DNA from: Syncephalis fuscata S228
Lineage: Eukaryota > Fungi > Zoopagomycota
Length of the DNA: 64,000 nucleotides
NCBI GenBank assembly: GCA_025786725.1
Contig: JAHLTZ010000030.1
Span: 269,415 to 333,414 of the forward strand
Direction of reading: 5' to 3'
Part shown: positions 37,705-51,176 of the stretch, in pieces
Layout: every line of letters begins with the position of its first letter
Numbering within the stretch: the first letter of the stretch is position 1
The notes under the pieces: generated by a model
What the model was told of the DNA's origin: nothing
Databases searched by the model: none
The model's input: the letters and a program-made list of their open reading frames with translations, nothing else
Made by a program: the position numbers and the translations under genes

Positions 37705-39062
37705 ATGGAGCCCGAGTATAGTAACGGCTGGGATGACAATATTGACAGTGGTCTTGGAGGTAACGATGCATCTTCGACCGCCTTACGTCGCTATTCTCCC
37801 TCGCCGTCTCCTAAGCGTAATTTATCGCGATCCCGTTCACGATCGCCAATACGCCAGTCTTTGAATAACGGCAATAACGGTGGCGGCTACAGCCGGTAAG
37901 TCAGCCAGTAATGCGATGTGTGTGCTCTATACCAACAACGATCTATATAGTCATGACGAAGGTAGACGCAACTATCGTCGGCGTTCTCGATCCCGGTCGC
38001 CAGCCAACAACAATCGGTAGGCATAATATGATGACAATCGTCATAGAGTTACACCTATGCTTATCTATTTATATCTATATTGTTACATTTACTGCTTTAT
38101 TCTTTTTCAGCAGACATGGTCGTCCCTTTTACCGGGATGGGTCCAGATCACGCACAGACGATAGATATCGTCGAGGACCTTCACCTGGTCGCCGTGACCG
38201 ACGCAGTCGATCGCCAAATAGCTCGTAAGTACTTTATACAGCTATTACTATATAGCACTGCATTTATATAATATAAACTATAACTGTTTACACTTATTTT
38301 ATGCATAGATTTATGCCTCAGGCCCCACCACGACAAGCTAGAGTAAGTTGTTATTTGGCATTAACACTAATCTATTACTATTTGTTTACTTACTATGCTA
38401 CACGCATATAGGAAAATCCTGAACCAACCAATGTTCTAGGTGTATTCAATTTAGACTACTATACCGATGAACGTGAACTACGTGATTTATTCTCTCCATT
38501 TGGCGGCTTGGAACGTGTAGTAGTAGTGATGGACCGACGTGTAAGTATACAGAATAGCAACATATATTGCTAGACTAACTTGTATGCTAGAACCAAAGAT
38601 CACGTGGATTTGCATTTGTCTACTTTTCCGATGTTAACTGTGCAGCTCGAGCACGTGAAGCAACGAATGGCAAGGTAAAGTATTAATTTATATATATAAA
38701 TTAAATATAACGACTTTATACTAATTATATTACAGATGATCAATGATCGTGGTATCCGTGTAGACTTTTCTATTACCAGGGAGGCTCATAAACCCACACC
38801 AGGTGTTTATATGGGCGAAATGGAATACAATAATGCTCCTAGTAATCGAGGCCGTGACAATCGTCGTGGCGGTGGTGATCGTGGTGGTCGTGGTGGTGGT
38901 GGTGGTCGCGGCGGTGATCGCCATGGCCGTCATGGCCGTCGTCGATCCCGCTCTAGATCCCGTTCTAGATCCCGTGATCGCTATGAGCGTCGTTCCAATC
39001 ATCGTATCTCGCCACCGGCACCGCATTCGCGTCGCTATCGCAGCCGTAGCAGATCAAGATAA
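37705..39062 (+). CDS. TRA2: Transformer-2-like SR splicing regulator (RS-RRM-RS)
   Basis: RS tracts on both sides of an RRM: ENPEPTNVLGVFNL, RSRGFAFVYF (RNP1), and the Tra2-type RVDFSITREAHKPTPGVYMG linker. Confidence 0.85.
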
Positions 39063-39642
39063 ATTAACCGCGATGGTGGCAATATAGCCGCATCTCGTTC
39101 ATTATGACATGTTTTTTCCTTCTTTGATCATTTACCTTTATTCATTTATAACAACAATAACAGTAACAGCGACAATAGCAATAATAATAATAATAATAAC
39201 GACTACTACGATTACTACTACGATTACTAAGCAGTCATTATTATTCTTGTTATTGAATATTGGTTATCGACATACATTTATTCAAGAGATGCATCGAGAT
39301 TTTTTGTCTTTGCTTTCCGTATAAGCATCATTTATGCGTCATTCAATTGATAAAGAAGCAAATTCATGACAATTGAGGAAGAATAAACCATAATGGCCGT
39401 GTGTATAAGGGCTTCAACAAGAAGTGGAATAGAATAGATATTGAAAACTTGTGAAATAGTTATAGAATAGATACACAAATAGATACATACAATAGATACA
39501 TACATGCATTAATTACAATACAAAAACAAACTCAGTCTATGACAACAATACAAAACAAATTCAATAGATGACAACGTACTAACAATGACAGCAATTATTC
39601 TTATTCTTATTCTTATTATTGTTATAGTAATTGTGTTGATTA

Positions 39643-40497
39643 CTAAAGATCTTCTTCAGCTTTAAACCAGGTGGTATCAACAGATGGTGAAGATATGGGA
39701 TTTGCAGCTGAAGAAGAGGAAGAGAGTAGAGCTTGTCCGTGATATTTGGTCAATTCGGTCAATAGTTCGGGATATTTTACTACAAAATAGCTGACTAGTC
39801 CAATTACAATAAGAATAACCCATAATGGATCCATATTACGTGCTATAATGGATATATCAATATAGCCAGGTATTTGGCCAATATTTAATACAAATAAATG
39901 AATACATCAATAGGTAGTCTACATACCTTTCTTCATATGAACCGGTAACGGCATAACATGGCAAGAAGCAGCCGCCGATCCACTAACCAGCAAACGAGCA
40001 TCTGGACTAAATGCCAAGGAGGTGATGGCAAAATTATGTACTTGAGCTACATGCCGTACAACCTATACAGTATACAATATATGATATAGATGAGTCTATA
40101 TAGAATGAAGTAGAATATGTCTATATATTACCTGAAGTGTATGCGCATCAACTACACCAACGGATAGATCAGCTGATGCAAAGGCTAACCATCGACCATT
40201 ATCGCTATACAAGATGTGTTAACAGGTAAGTATTTGTATATCTAATATTAATGTATCCATTCATTTATAATGATTAAATGATTATAACAACTAACCTAAT
40301 GGTGAAAGCGGTGGTTGGACACCGTCCAATACCTTCTTGAGCTATTTTACGATAACTAATAGTGTGTAATTTACACACAGTTGAATGTTTACGATCAATG
40401 CTATTAATAATAACAAAGATGGCACCAATTGATTCACCTCGACCAAATCTAATAGATGTATAATATAATGAACAAGTTGTAACTACTGATCTATCTC

Positions 40498-40532
<35 letters not shown>

Positions 40533-41671
40533 GTTACATACCGACAAGCCCGGAATTGGCATTCAATAGCATTGTTCAGTTTTGGACTATCCAGTGTTTC
40601 GAGTTGTCTACCCGATGCCAGAGACCAGAAGCTCAATTCTTTGCCACATATCACGGCCATCTAATTGAATAGAGAATATGAAAGTTTAATAATAATTAAT
40701 AATAATATGTCTATTAAGTGTTGTATCATTCCTGTTTACCTTATCATCTTCTGTATCAATATCCAAATCAAGTATATCTTGTTCACCATGTCGATGAGGA
40801 TAGATTGGTTCCAAAGAAGGATACGATAAAATGGATAACTATCACCAAACATTGTTAGTATTGCAGTTTGATAATATTAGTTCAATAGACACTTACTCCA
40901 CCTGATGAACTACCACAGGCAATTCTACGACCATCCTTGCTAAATCGAATAGCTTTCTAATAGTACATTATTGATGATATTTAATTAACTAATATATATA
41001 TATATATATATACTAATACTTACTAAATAATCATCATCTGTATCCTTTGTACTTGATACTGTTGACTGTGTCTTTAATAGTTTAATAGAACATGAAGAAT
41101 TCTCTCTATTAGTTTATAAATATTAATTACTTTCTATAGTATTATATTAGTGTTATCTACTTACGTATCTTCCTCAGTCAGTTCAAATACTCGACAATTA
41201 TTATTATTATTGTTGTTGTTGTTGTTGTCTTGTTTATTGTCTTCAGCTGCGTTGATACCACAGGCAAATACATTATTCTATTATAATATAACACGTTATG
41301 AGCTATTTGCTATTACCAATAACAAAACAATAATAAAAAGTATTGTAGTTATTAGAATTGAATACAATACTTGCCTCGTTATTGAGCGATAAACACATTG
41401 GTGCATCTTCATTTGGATTCAAATCCAATACTGCTGCTTCTTCAAGTCTACCTTCATCGAGGTCAATATCATAAAGCGCCTAGATGAATCACATCATTAG
41501 ACGGCGCCTTTATCGTTTAAACAACGAGCGGCCTAGAGCTACTTGCCAATTTGTTTTTAATGCCACTCTTGTTATCACCACCGCCACCACCAGCCATATA
41601 CGGCCTTGCTTAGTAAAAGCAAGACAGTAGATTGGAAAGTCGGTAGCATAACTAAAAGCAGGACGGTCCAT
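39643..41671 (-). CDS. SEC12: Sec12/PREB-like Sar1 guanine-nucleotide exchange factor (WD40, type II membrane)
   Basis: FPIYCLAF...GGGGGDNKSGIKNKL K-loop (after a 1-nt slip), EDAPMCL, CQFRACRF, HNFAITSLAFSPD, LVSGSAAASC, TM LWVILIVIGLVSYFVV. Confidence 0.88.
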
Positions 41672-42142
41672 TGTAGTAAACTACGAAGTAAAAGAAGTAG
41701 AAGTAGTAGTGGAATGAAAGCTGTTCCAATTCGTGAATTGTTTAGTGTTGACGTCAAGAACTGTTAAATAGTCATATATTTTATACAAGTATTATGCTAA
41801 ATGATTAATAGTTAATTAATGTTTAATAGTATTATTGTCACCATTTGTTATCTGTCAAATAGACAAATATATTCACTTATACACCTACACATACACCACA
41901 TGTCTATTCTCTGTGACTTTCTCCTCAAACACTTTTAACTATCTTTAACTAACCACTTCACCCTTCCATAGTCATACCTTAACACACACACACACTTTCG
42001 CTCAAGCAACTCATCCTTCTATCATTTGTAGTAGTGCCAACTGTTCAATTAACCAAACTACAACTATTCTGGCGACTCACTTCAGCCCTTACACTAACTA
42101 GACACTTTTAGTTAGTCATTCCCTTCTACAGAAGGAATTATT

Positions 42143-44640
42143 ATGAATCTTGATCGAGGTGCTATACGATTGGACGCGCTCTCACCTACCACACCCACTA
42201 CACCACCACTACCTATGACCGCCACAACCAACAACAATGCAAGCAACAGCAACAATAACAACAACAACAACAGCGATAGTAGTCGACCGGCAGAGCCAAC
42301 GGCTTTCTATGCATCTGAAGGTGTCTATCAAGCAACAAGGCATTTTTTATCGACCAAGCGGTCCCCAACTTGGCCATCGGCACACGTATCACATTGGTGA
42401 CGGTTAAATCACGTGATCGTTTATCTAATAACGAGGATGTACCACTTGACAACAAAGGAAAATACGTACATCTTCAAGAACAGTAATAGACTTAGTGTAC
42501 AGCCACCTAATGGTGGTGTGGCCACGAACGAGGCGGCATCGTCGGCCAATTCATCATTAGTCGTACAGACGATGAAGAAGGGGGTGTAGGGGTGGCAATA
42601 AACAATGACCAACTACCATCGAGCAATTCAACTGCAGATAGTGCCAGTGATATGGATAGCAGTACAGCGGTATCAGCATCGGCCAATACTACTTCTAGTC
42701 AAAGCGTGGGTAGTCGATTGGCTGCTGCAGCCGTCATGATACCACGAGTGGGTCCATTACGTCGTACTGAATCAATGCAGCAGACAGGCTCGAGTGGCAA
42801 CCCATCTTTAAGTGACCGGCCACCCTCTCGTACCAGTACACCCACTCTTACATCAGTGACAGAAACACCGTCATCGACTATAACAGTAACGAGTAGCAAT
42901 GGCATTGGTAATAGTGCAAGTTCTAATAGTTTGGCGGCTATTTTTACAGGCGGGGGCAGTCAACGTCGAAGTAAACCGAAAAACGATGTTAATAAAACAA
43001 CATCTAGCTTTCTAATTCGATCAAGTCCACAGGAAATGACGAGTACATCGCTTAATCCAAATAGTGCCATTAGTAATTTGACTACAACCGTGGCCAATAA
43101 CTTGGGTAATAGTAATCATGGCCAGAATAACGGCAATCATACAAATCAACAGCATAAGAATAAGGGTGGACCGTCTATCCATTCACCTATAACATCTAAT
43201 CAATCGACTCGATTTTCAAGCAATGTACCGCAACCAGTGATTATCACCAATGGAGTTGAATTGAACGCAGACGGAAGCGTCAATGGACGTGTACCAGGTG
43301 TTCAAAAGGATACATTTCTATTTTTTAATGTAGGCAAAACATTCTACTGGTCTGGCTTAAATAGCAGGGTAAATAGCCGTGAACTACCATATAAAGTACT
43401 AATCATTATTTAACGATAGGATCCACCTGTATCCTTTATAAACTTTAGCAGAGCCTTTCCAACATGTCACGATGTCAATCTATTAACCAGAGATACGAAA
43501 CATCTTGATGTCATTATTGGATTCAGTACCGGCGATATTGTTTGGCTTAATCCCATTTGTAGTCGATATCATCGGTTAAATAAACAAGGCGTGGTGAATG
43601 CCAGTGCAGTTACGGCCATTCAATGGATTCCTGGATCTGACCAGCTATTTATGGTAGCCTTTAAAGATGGCTGTATGGCTATATTTGATCGGGAGAAAGA
43701 GGATCAGCCCGTATCATTACAATCAAACCACCGTAATACAAAGTATGTAGTTGCACTATATTATAGTAGAATGAATACTCAATAACCCACACACATATTA
43801 TATATATATATTGTATCTATTATATTATATTATAGATTCCATGTGACAAAAGCACCTAAAGGATCAAAACATAATCCCACTTCCTATTGGCAAGTAAGCC
43901 CCAGAGCAGTTACCGGTAAGTAATCCAGTCTATATTTGTTACATTCATGGTATTCACTAGATAGTAGCATTTGCCATATCGCCTGATTGTCAACATATGG
44001 CTATGACAAGCTTAGATGGATGTCTACGTATTGTTGATTTAATTCAGGAAAAGTGTGTATTAGTTAATTTATTGATATTTATTATTAATATATTGAATAG
44101 ATTAATCCATACATTTGAAAGCTATTTTGGTGGTCTAACCTGTGTTGCATGGAGTCCCGATGGCAAATATGTTATTGTAAGTGTTATTGCTAACTATGAC
44201 TATAGCTATAAAGTAACCAACACACTATATAGACGGGTGGACAAGATGATCTAGTATCTATTTGGTCATTTCTAGATCATTGTATTGTAGCACGCTGTCA
44301 AGGACATCAATCCTGGGTAATTATATATATATATATATATTAATATTAATAATATATACTATTTAGGTGACAGATGTGGCATTTGATAATTGGAAATGTG
44401 ATGAAGATCAGTATAGATTTGGCAGTGTAGGTGAAGATGGTCAAATATTGTTATGGGATTTCTCGGTACAAACACTTGGTAGACCCAAGGTAGTTCATAT
44501 TTATATAATATTTATTAGTATAATACTAATGTAATAATGTAATTAGAGACGTAATAGTGTATCAACTGGAGGTGCAACAAGTAAACGTCATTCCCATTAT
44601 GACCATCACCACCATCACTCGTCACATAGTAGTAGTAGCC

Positions 44641-44671
<31 letters not shown>

Positions 44672-44992
44672 AAATAAGCCAAATGAACCTCAAGTCCATC
44701 CAGCTTTACCGCGTAGTCAAGTGGCCATTATAAGACCAATTGCTGTAAGTATAACAATCACAATTACAACCACCACAACCACAACTAAATAATATGTTTA
44801 TTTATATTATAGGGCATGGTGGCCCATGAAGATCCTACAAGTTCAATTATATTCCAAGAAAAGTTTCTAGTGACTAGTTGTTGTCGTGGATATATCAAAT
44901 TATGGGCACGTCCATTTACCACAACTGTTCCAATAACAACAACAACAACAGAAGTAGAATCAGCTTCAGTGGCATCAATGCCTAAAGAATGA
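42143..44992 (+). CDS. creC: WD40 protein CreC / WDR20-like (deubiquitinase cofactor, catabolite repression)
   Basis: [24 protein letters not shown]...[66 protein letters not shown]; frame slips in the low-complexity N-terminus. Confidence 0.9.
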
Positions 44993-45814
44993 TTTATTCA
45001 TGTATCATCTATTTTAATTATTATTATTATTAGTTTAACTAGAATCAATAAAATAGTCAATAGTATCTATCTATTTATCTATATCACATATAACATTTAT
45101 TTGTAATCTACGTTTAAAATAAACAGATTAATGACTAATAACAAGCCACACATTTATTCCCAAATAGTATGATAGAAATGACTGGATATCAATAATATAA
45201 ACAATTGTTGATTAATTGATGGCTCAAACCAAATCTATTTTAAAAGTGCATTAATACACAATAATAAGAAAAAGGAAACGTATATAAAAGATGGGCAAAA
45301 GTGGCATTTTGTTTATCCATTCGTTGTTTGTTTGTTAAATCATCTTTGTACGTTTGAAAGGCGGGGTGATTTAGATGCAAGAAAAGAATTATATGTCTCA
45401 TTTCATTAATAGAAAGAAACCATAAATAAAGAGTAAATCATTATTAGACTACTACTACTACTACTACTGTTGCTTTTATAGTTATCATATTACCATTGCT
45501 ATCTTATGATAACCAATAATAATAATAATATGTAATAGAAATAGTCATAATAATAATTATTATTATAATAATAATAGTAATTCTGTTCAAAGCAAAAAAG
45601 GACCCCATTGGCTACACACCCACACAGTCATTCCAAGTATTAGATTGAGCATAGAAACAAAAATTAAAAAATGGCAATTTAAACAAATGAAAAGATGATA
45701 GTGTAAAAGTTGCACAACATGTACTAAATGGTAATTAGTATGTTGTATAGAAATAATAGTGTTGTTGTTGTTGTTGTTGCTAATGTAGTTTGTTATAATA
45801 GTGATGGTGGTTGG

Positions 45815-48750
45815 TTATGCTGCTACCGTTGAGGCATGGGCAGTGGTTGTATCATCTGATTCAGCCCCATTTCCTGTAGTTGTCGTGGTGGTTATTTTAG
45901 CATCTGATACATCTGCCATGGCATGTATTTCTCGTACAAGTGCTGGATCTAGATCAGGTCGTAGCAGTACTTTAATAGCCGCCTTATTTAATAAACGACG
46001 TACTAATCCTAGTGTATCAACCTTACGTAGCCTCTTAATAATAGCACACGACCTCATACATACAGGTGTGTAGATACCAAGGGCATTGCCAGCAGCTGGA
46101 TTACTAGCATTGACACCCGTATGAGGCATAGCATTTGAGGTTTGTACAATAGCCGTAACGACAGCAGGTGTATCAGCCATAGCGATACGTAACAATGCCG
46201 TGACTAGACCACGTCCATTAGGTGATGTCATATCATGGTCATTACCAGTGGAGGCATGTAAAAAGCATCGACAATCCGTATCGCTTAGTGACTCGATCCA
46301 GTTATAAATGGCCATGACAGTCATTTCAAAATCAACAGCATTTTGTTGTCCTTCTGGTGTCTGTACAGGTATCACTACAGTACAACTAACTGCCAACATT
46401 AAACGATGAACCAGCGGTGTCAGTAGCTGATAGGAGAATTCACGCGGGAATCGGTTTACAAATTCTCGATTACACTGTGAACGGTTAAACGAGCCAACGT
46501 CTCCAGTGCCAATGATGCCGTACTGCTATGAATAGTAAAAGGTAGTAACTGTGGATTACTACTTAACATTGATGGTATAGTGCCACCACCAATAGTTGTG
46601 GTAATACTAGAGGTCATAGGTGCTCTATTATGTTCAGCGGCATCTAACCAATCTACTAGGAAATGAATAATTAAACGAGCTGTAGTATCCGTAGTAAATA
46701 CAAAAGCATTACTAATGTTAGATAGTAAAATAAGTGTATGTTGATGAAGCTCTCCTATATCAGCTGCTTCCAAATCAGGCTGTTGCTTGTTACTATCATT
46801 TTGATCATTATGATCATCTTGTTCGTCTTTATAAGTCAGTTCTAGGATAGCTTGTAGTATAGGCGATATTAATGTATGTTGAGCAATGACCACTTGATTA
46901 TCAGGTAGAAATGATAGATTACGTAGAATAATCAATAGACATTGACACTGATCACGACGACTTTCCACGGCTGTTTGTTCAAGTTCTGTTCGTTGTTTAA
47001 TCTGTTCTGCTCGTCGCAGAGCAAGTGACTCTGACAGTTCATGATTTAATCGATCAACACTAGTTTGATAGTCATCTATCGTATCGCTTGGTATATCATT
47101 TGATTTATAGTGATAGCCACTACTGTAATTGTCCTTCTCTTTACCATGAACTGTGCCAGTTAATTGATCCAATAATAGCTCCATTATAGTATCAATTAAG
47201 TCGCCACAACTAGATAGAGGCAGTGAAACAGACTTTTCAGCTGTAACTACTGTCAATGTGTTGAGTGCATTGACCACTTCCCATGGTAAACGAGACTTTA
47301 TAGACATGGTCAAGGCATGGATATCTACTACACCTATTATTACATCTATTAATCTATGTTACTGTATTATTATATATTAACCTACCTAGTCAGTAATCTT
47401 GGTATTCTTACTCGTCGATCTAGATTTTCTAATGGACGTATATCCAACCACCAAATGTCTCTAATTGACGTACTGAAGGTGTATAATGATGCTGTTTAGA
47501 TATATTAGAAGAGGGTGGCATTGTACTAGTAGCGGTGCAGTAGCAGTAGTGGTGGTGGTAGTGGTAGCGGTAGATGATGAATGGGTCGTAGGTAATGCTG
47601 AAGATGTAGAAATAGAAGAATGATGTAATGTATTCGAATCCATAGCTGTAGATATCAATGCTGTATTAGAACTGGTCGATACAGGTGACATCATACCCGT
47701 ATTAGTTGTAGGTATAGCGACATTAACAGTATTTGTCTTTGTTGACATTGACAATGGTGTATCCGTCATAGGCATAGATAATGATGCAGAATTAGATGTC
47801 GATAATGGTTTTGGTGTCATATTCTCTAAACTGGCCAATATAGAAGACAATGGTGTATCGGTAGAAGTAAGTGGATGCGATGATTCTGAATCGATGACAG
47901 GCATTGATGTAGATGTCACTGTTGATGTTGCTGTCGTCATTGAACTAGTCATAGTGGATTCTATTAATAAAGATGGTATAGATGATGTCTAATAACCATA
48001 ACCATAACAATAATAACAATAATAGTAATAAGTATATTTGTATAGATATATATATATATATGTTACAACTTACTATTAAAGACAAAGTAGTAGTAGTAGT
48101 AGTAGTATTAACAGTATTATTATTATTATTATTATTAACAGTGGTATTAGCAATAGTTTCTATAGTTAATATCTCAACATAATACGATATTTAATGTTAT
48201 TCTATTTACCTCCTTGATCCACACGTAATTGAATGGTTCGCATGTGTTTTTGTAATTCCTCAGCATGATCTACGGGTGATTTTATGCCTGGTTGACTTTT
48301 ATTACGTGACAGTGGACGGTTTAACGACATGGCTGGATTGATATTCATTTGTACGCCTTCTTGTCCCATTAGATTAAGTATTTCTGATGATGAACCATTG
48401 GTTAATTTATCGGATTCACTTTGTGAACTAATACTCTTCTCTGTGGATAATATGGCTCCATTATAACTATTAGTACTCGATACAGGTGCTGTAGTAGCTG
48501 TAGGCATCATCGGTGTACTGGGCGTGGGGGATAAGTTTTGAAGTCCATATTGCCGTAATTGTTGCATAATAGTTGAATCCATACCAGACACTGATAAATT
48601 AGATTGATTTAATGTAGCTGACAACTGTGATTGTTGTTGTTGTTGTTGCTGCTGCTGTTGTTGTTGTTGACGTTGCTGAAACAACTGTTGCTGATGAGCT
48701 TGCAATTGTTGTTGTTGTTGCTGATTCAACATTAACATTTGTTGCTGCTT

Positions 48751-48791
<41 letters not shown>

Positions 48792-51176
48792 GCTGTTGAG
48801 CCAATAGCGGATAAAGAGCAGCTAGTTGATTAGAATCAATACCATTTTGTCCCATAATGCCAGATTGATTTAGAGTTGCAGCCATTGCAGCTAATGAATT
48901 AGGCGGTGGTACATTAGCAAATACTGCTGACGCGGTTGTCGTGGATGTTGCAGCAGTAGTATTAGTATTAGCGGCAGTGTTAGCATTGGTAGATCCTATT
49001 AATGCGGCTGCGGCTGCTGAATGATCTGCTTGCATAGAGTGCGATGGACTTGATAGCATTGTTTTGGGTGAAGCTAGTGGATTAGCAGATATATTACTGC
49101 CAGTGGACATTGTATTTTCAAGTAATAAACCTTGGCCATTAAGTTCATTGGTGACTGCAGGAGTGGCAGCGCGTGATGCATCGGGTGAAGCTAGTTCACG
49201 TGGATGGTAAATGGCTTCAACGGGTGCCAGTGTTGAAATAAAAAAGCGTCTTAATGTTGATGTAGCATTTGGAACACTTTCGTGTATTTTAAGAGCTTGA
49301 GCTACTAATCGCCATTGCTTTCGTTTACCAACCTAGTAATTATAATAAATAGATTAGTTTTGTTTTGTATTAAATAGTACACTCTTGTTACCTGAGCATG
49401 GCCACCTAATTCCTGTACTTTAAAATAAAATGCTCTCATATCAAACATTTTGCCGTCATAAGCGGGTATTTTAACAAATGGCGTGCCCTTTCGACTATGA
49501 ATAATTTCCATAGTACGCATAAATTGATCGGGAGCCAGTGCTACTTCGTGGTCACTGCTAGGAACATTATCGGGTAATTCTTCGCCATGGTAAGTTGGTT
49601 GGTAGTCGATACGTTCTAGACGTGTTGTTGCCATGCCACCAAAAGCATCGGGTGTGCCTGGTTGTGGTGTGGGAGACATGGGTCCTTCTGACGGTGTACC
49701 ATGGGCCGATGATAGTGTAGGCAATGTGGCGGCATGTGGTATTGGTGTACTAGATGCAGTACGTGGCTTTTTACTAGGTGGTGCTTGAGACATTGAATCC
49801 ATGGCGGGTGTATTGCTGCCAATGGCTGATTCAGCTGTAGGTGTCTTGCCAAACGATGGATCTGGTGTGCCAGTGAGTGATGCAGCCGCTGCTGCAGCCA
49901 CTGGATTCATCAATTGATTTGGCCAATTCATTAAAGGGTTGCCAGCGGGCCAATTCATATTCTGCATAAGCATAGGATTCATTTGAGCTTGCATTGTAGC
50001 TGCACCTGGTATCATACCAGCATTAGAATTCATGGCTGCAGCTAATAGTGGATTATTAGCAGTTGTCATGCTTAATGCAGCTGGATTACCGCCCGAATTA
50101 ACTAGAGCTGATAACCATGCTTGCTGTATTTGATGCTGCTGTTGTTGTTGCTGTAGCTGCTGCTGCTGCTGCATTTGCTGCTGTGCTCTTTGTGCCGGTT
50201 GAAGCATTTGCTGTTGCTGTTGCTGTTGATGTTGTTGCTGTAGCTGCTGCTGCTGCTGCTGCTGCTGTTGTTGTTGTTGTTGTTGTTGCTGAATTTGTTG
50301 CTGCAAGCGCTGTTGCATAAGCAGTGCATTATTGTTACCGGCCATATTGACAGCACCTAATGGCATGCCCATATTCAATTGTTGCATTAGCATTGGATTT
50401 AATCCTGCGGCGGCCATACGTTGTTGCTGTTGGCGTTGTAAAAGCTGCTGACGAGTAAGTTGGTTGGAATTCTGTTGCATATGTTGTTGCTGTTGCTGAT
50501 GTTGCTTTTGCAATTGCAGTTGCATTTGTAATTGTCGCTGTTGTGCTTGCAGTAGGGCCGATTGAGGTGATTGCATCGTATTCAATGCCGACAAATTATC
50601 CGGTGTCAAGTTCTGTAGTCCAGAGAATGCACCCAGACTGGCATTTGTTAGACTGGCCAGCGACATATCATCAAGGCCTAATGTCGTTCCTGCTCCCGTA
50701 TTACTGTCTGGCGGTACAGGTGTACTGCCAAGTAACGGCGTACTCTTTCCAGAGGTTGTTGGTGCATTCATTTCATTCTGCATTCGAGCGAGTATATCAC
50801 CAATTTCATTGGCCGAGAAATTGTTTGATGCAATACCACCTAGCTGATCGGCAGTAGCGTTTGTAACACCCATAGCAGCATTATTAATAACGTTGCCGGC
50901 AAGGGCCGCCGCTGCATGATTGGCATTAAAGTTCATCATGCCCGGATACTGATTGCCATTCATCATTCCAGCTGCTGCGTTGGTCAGTGGCTGACTGCCA
51001 AACGCCGAAGCAAGTGACATGCTTGGAAATGACGCTGGATTTGGCGTACCCGCACCACTACTACCACCTGGCGACATCATTTCTGCGGGTGTGCCGGTCA
51101 ATCGTGTTCCTTGTACACCAGACAGATTGCTCGTCACAGAAGATTGCCGCTGACCTTGCGGTGGTGGCTGTTGCAT
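45815..51176 (-). CDS. SWI1: ARID-domain SWI/SNF subunit (Swi1/Sol1/ARID1-like) with long polyQ tracts
   Basis: ARID (DMRAFYFKVQELGGHAQV...WRLVAQAL) and C-terminal ARM region (IHALTMSIKSRLPWEVVNALNTL, LIILRNLSFLPDNQ); Q-rich blocks; several frame slips. Confidence 0.85.

Noticed and set aside
48627-50857. Plus-strand poly-Val/Ala ORFs
   Set aside because: Antisense shadows of the SWI1 polyQ tracts.
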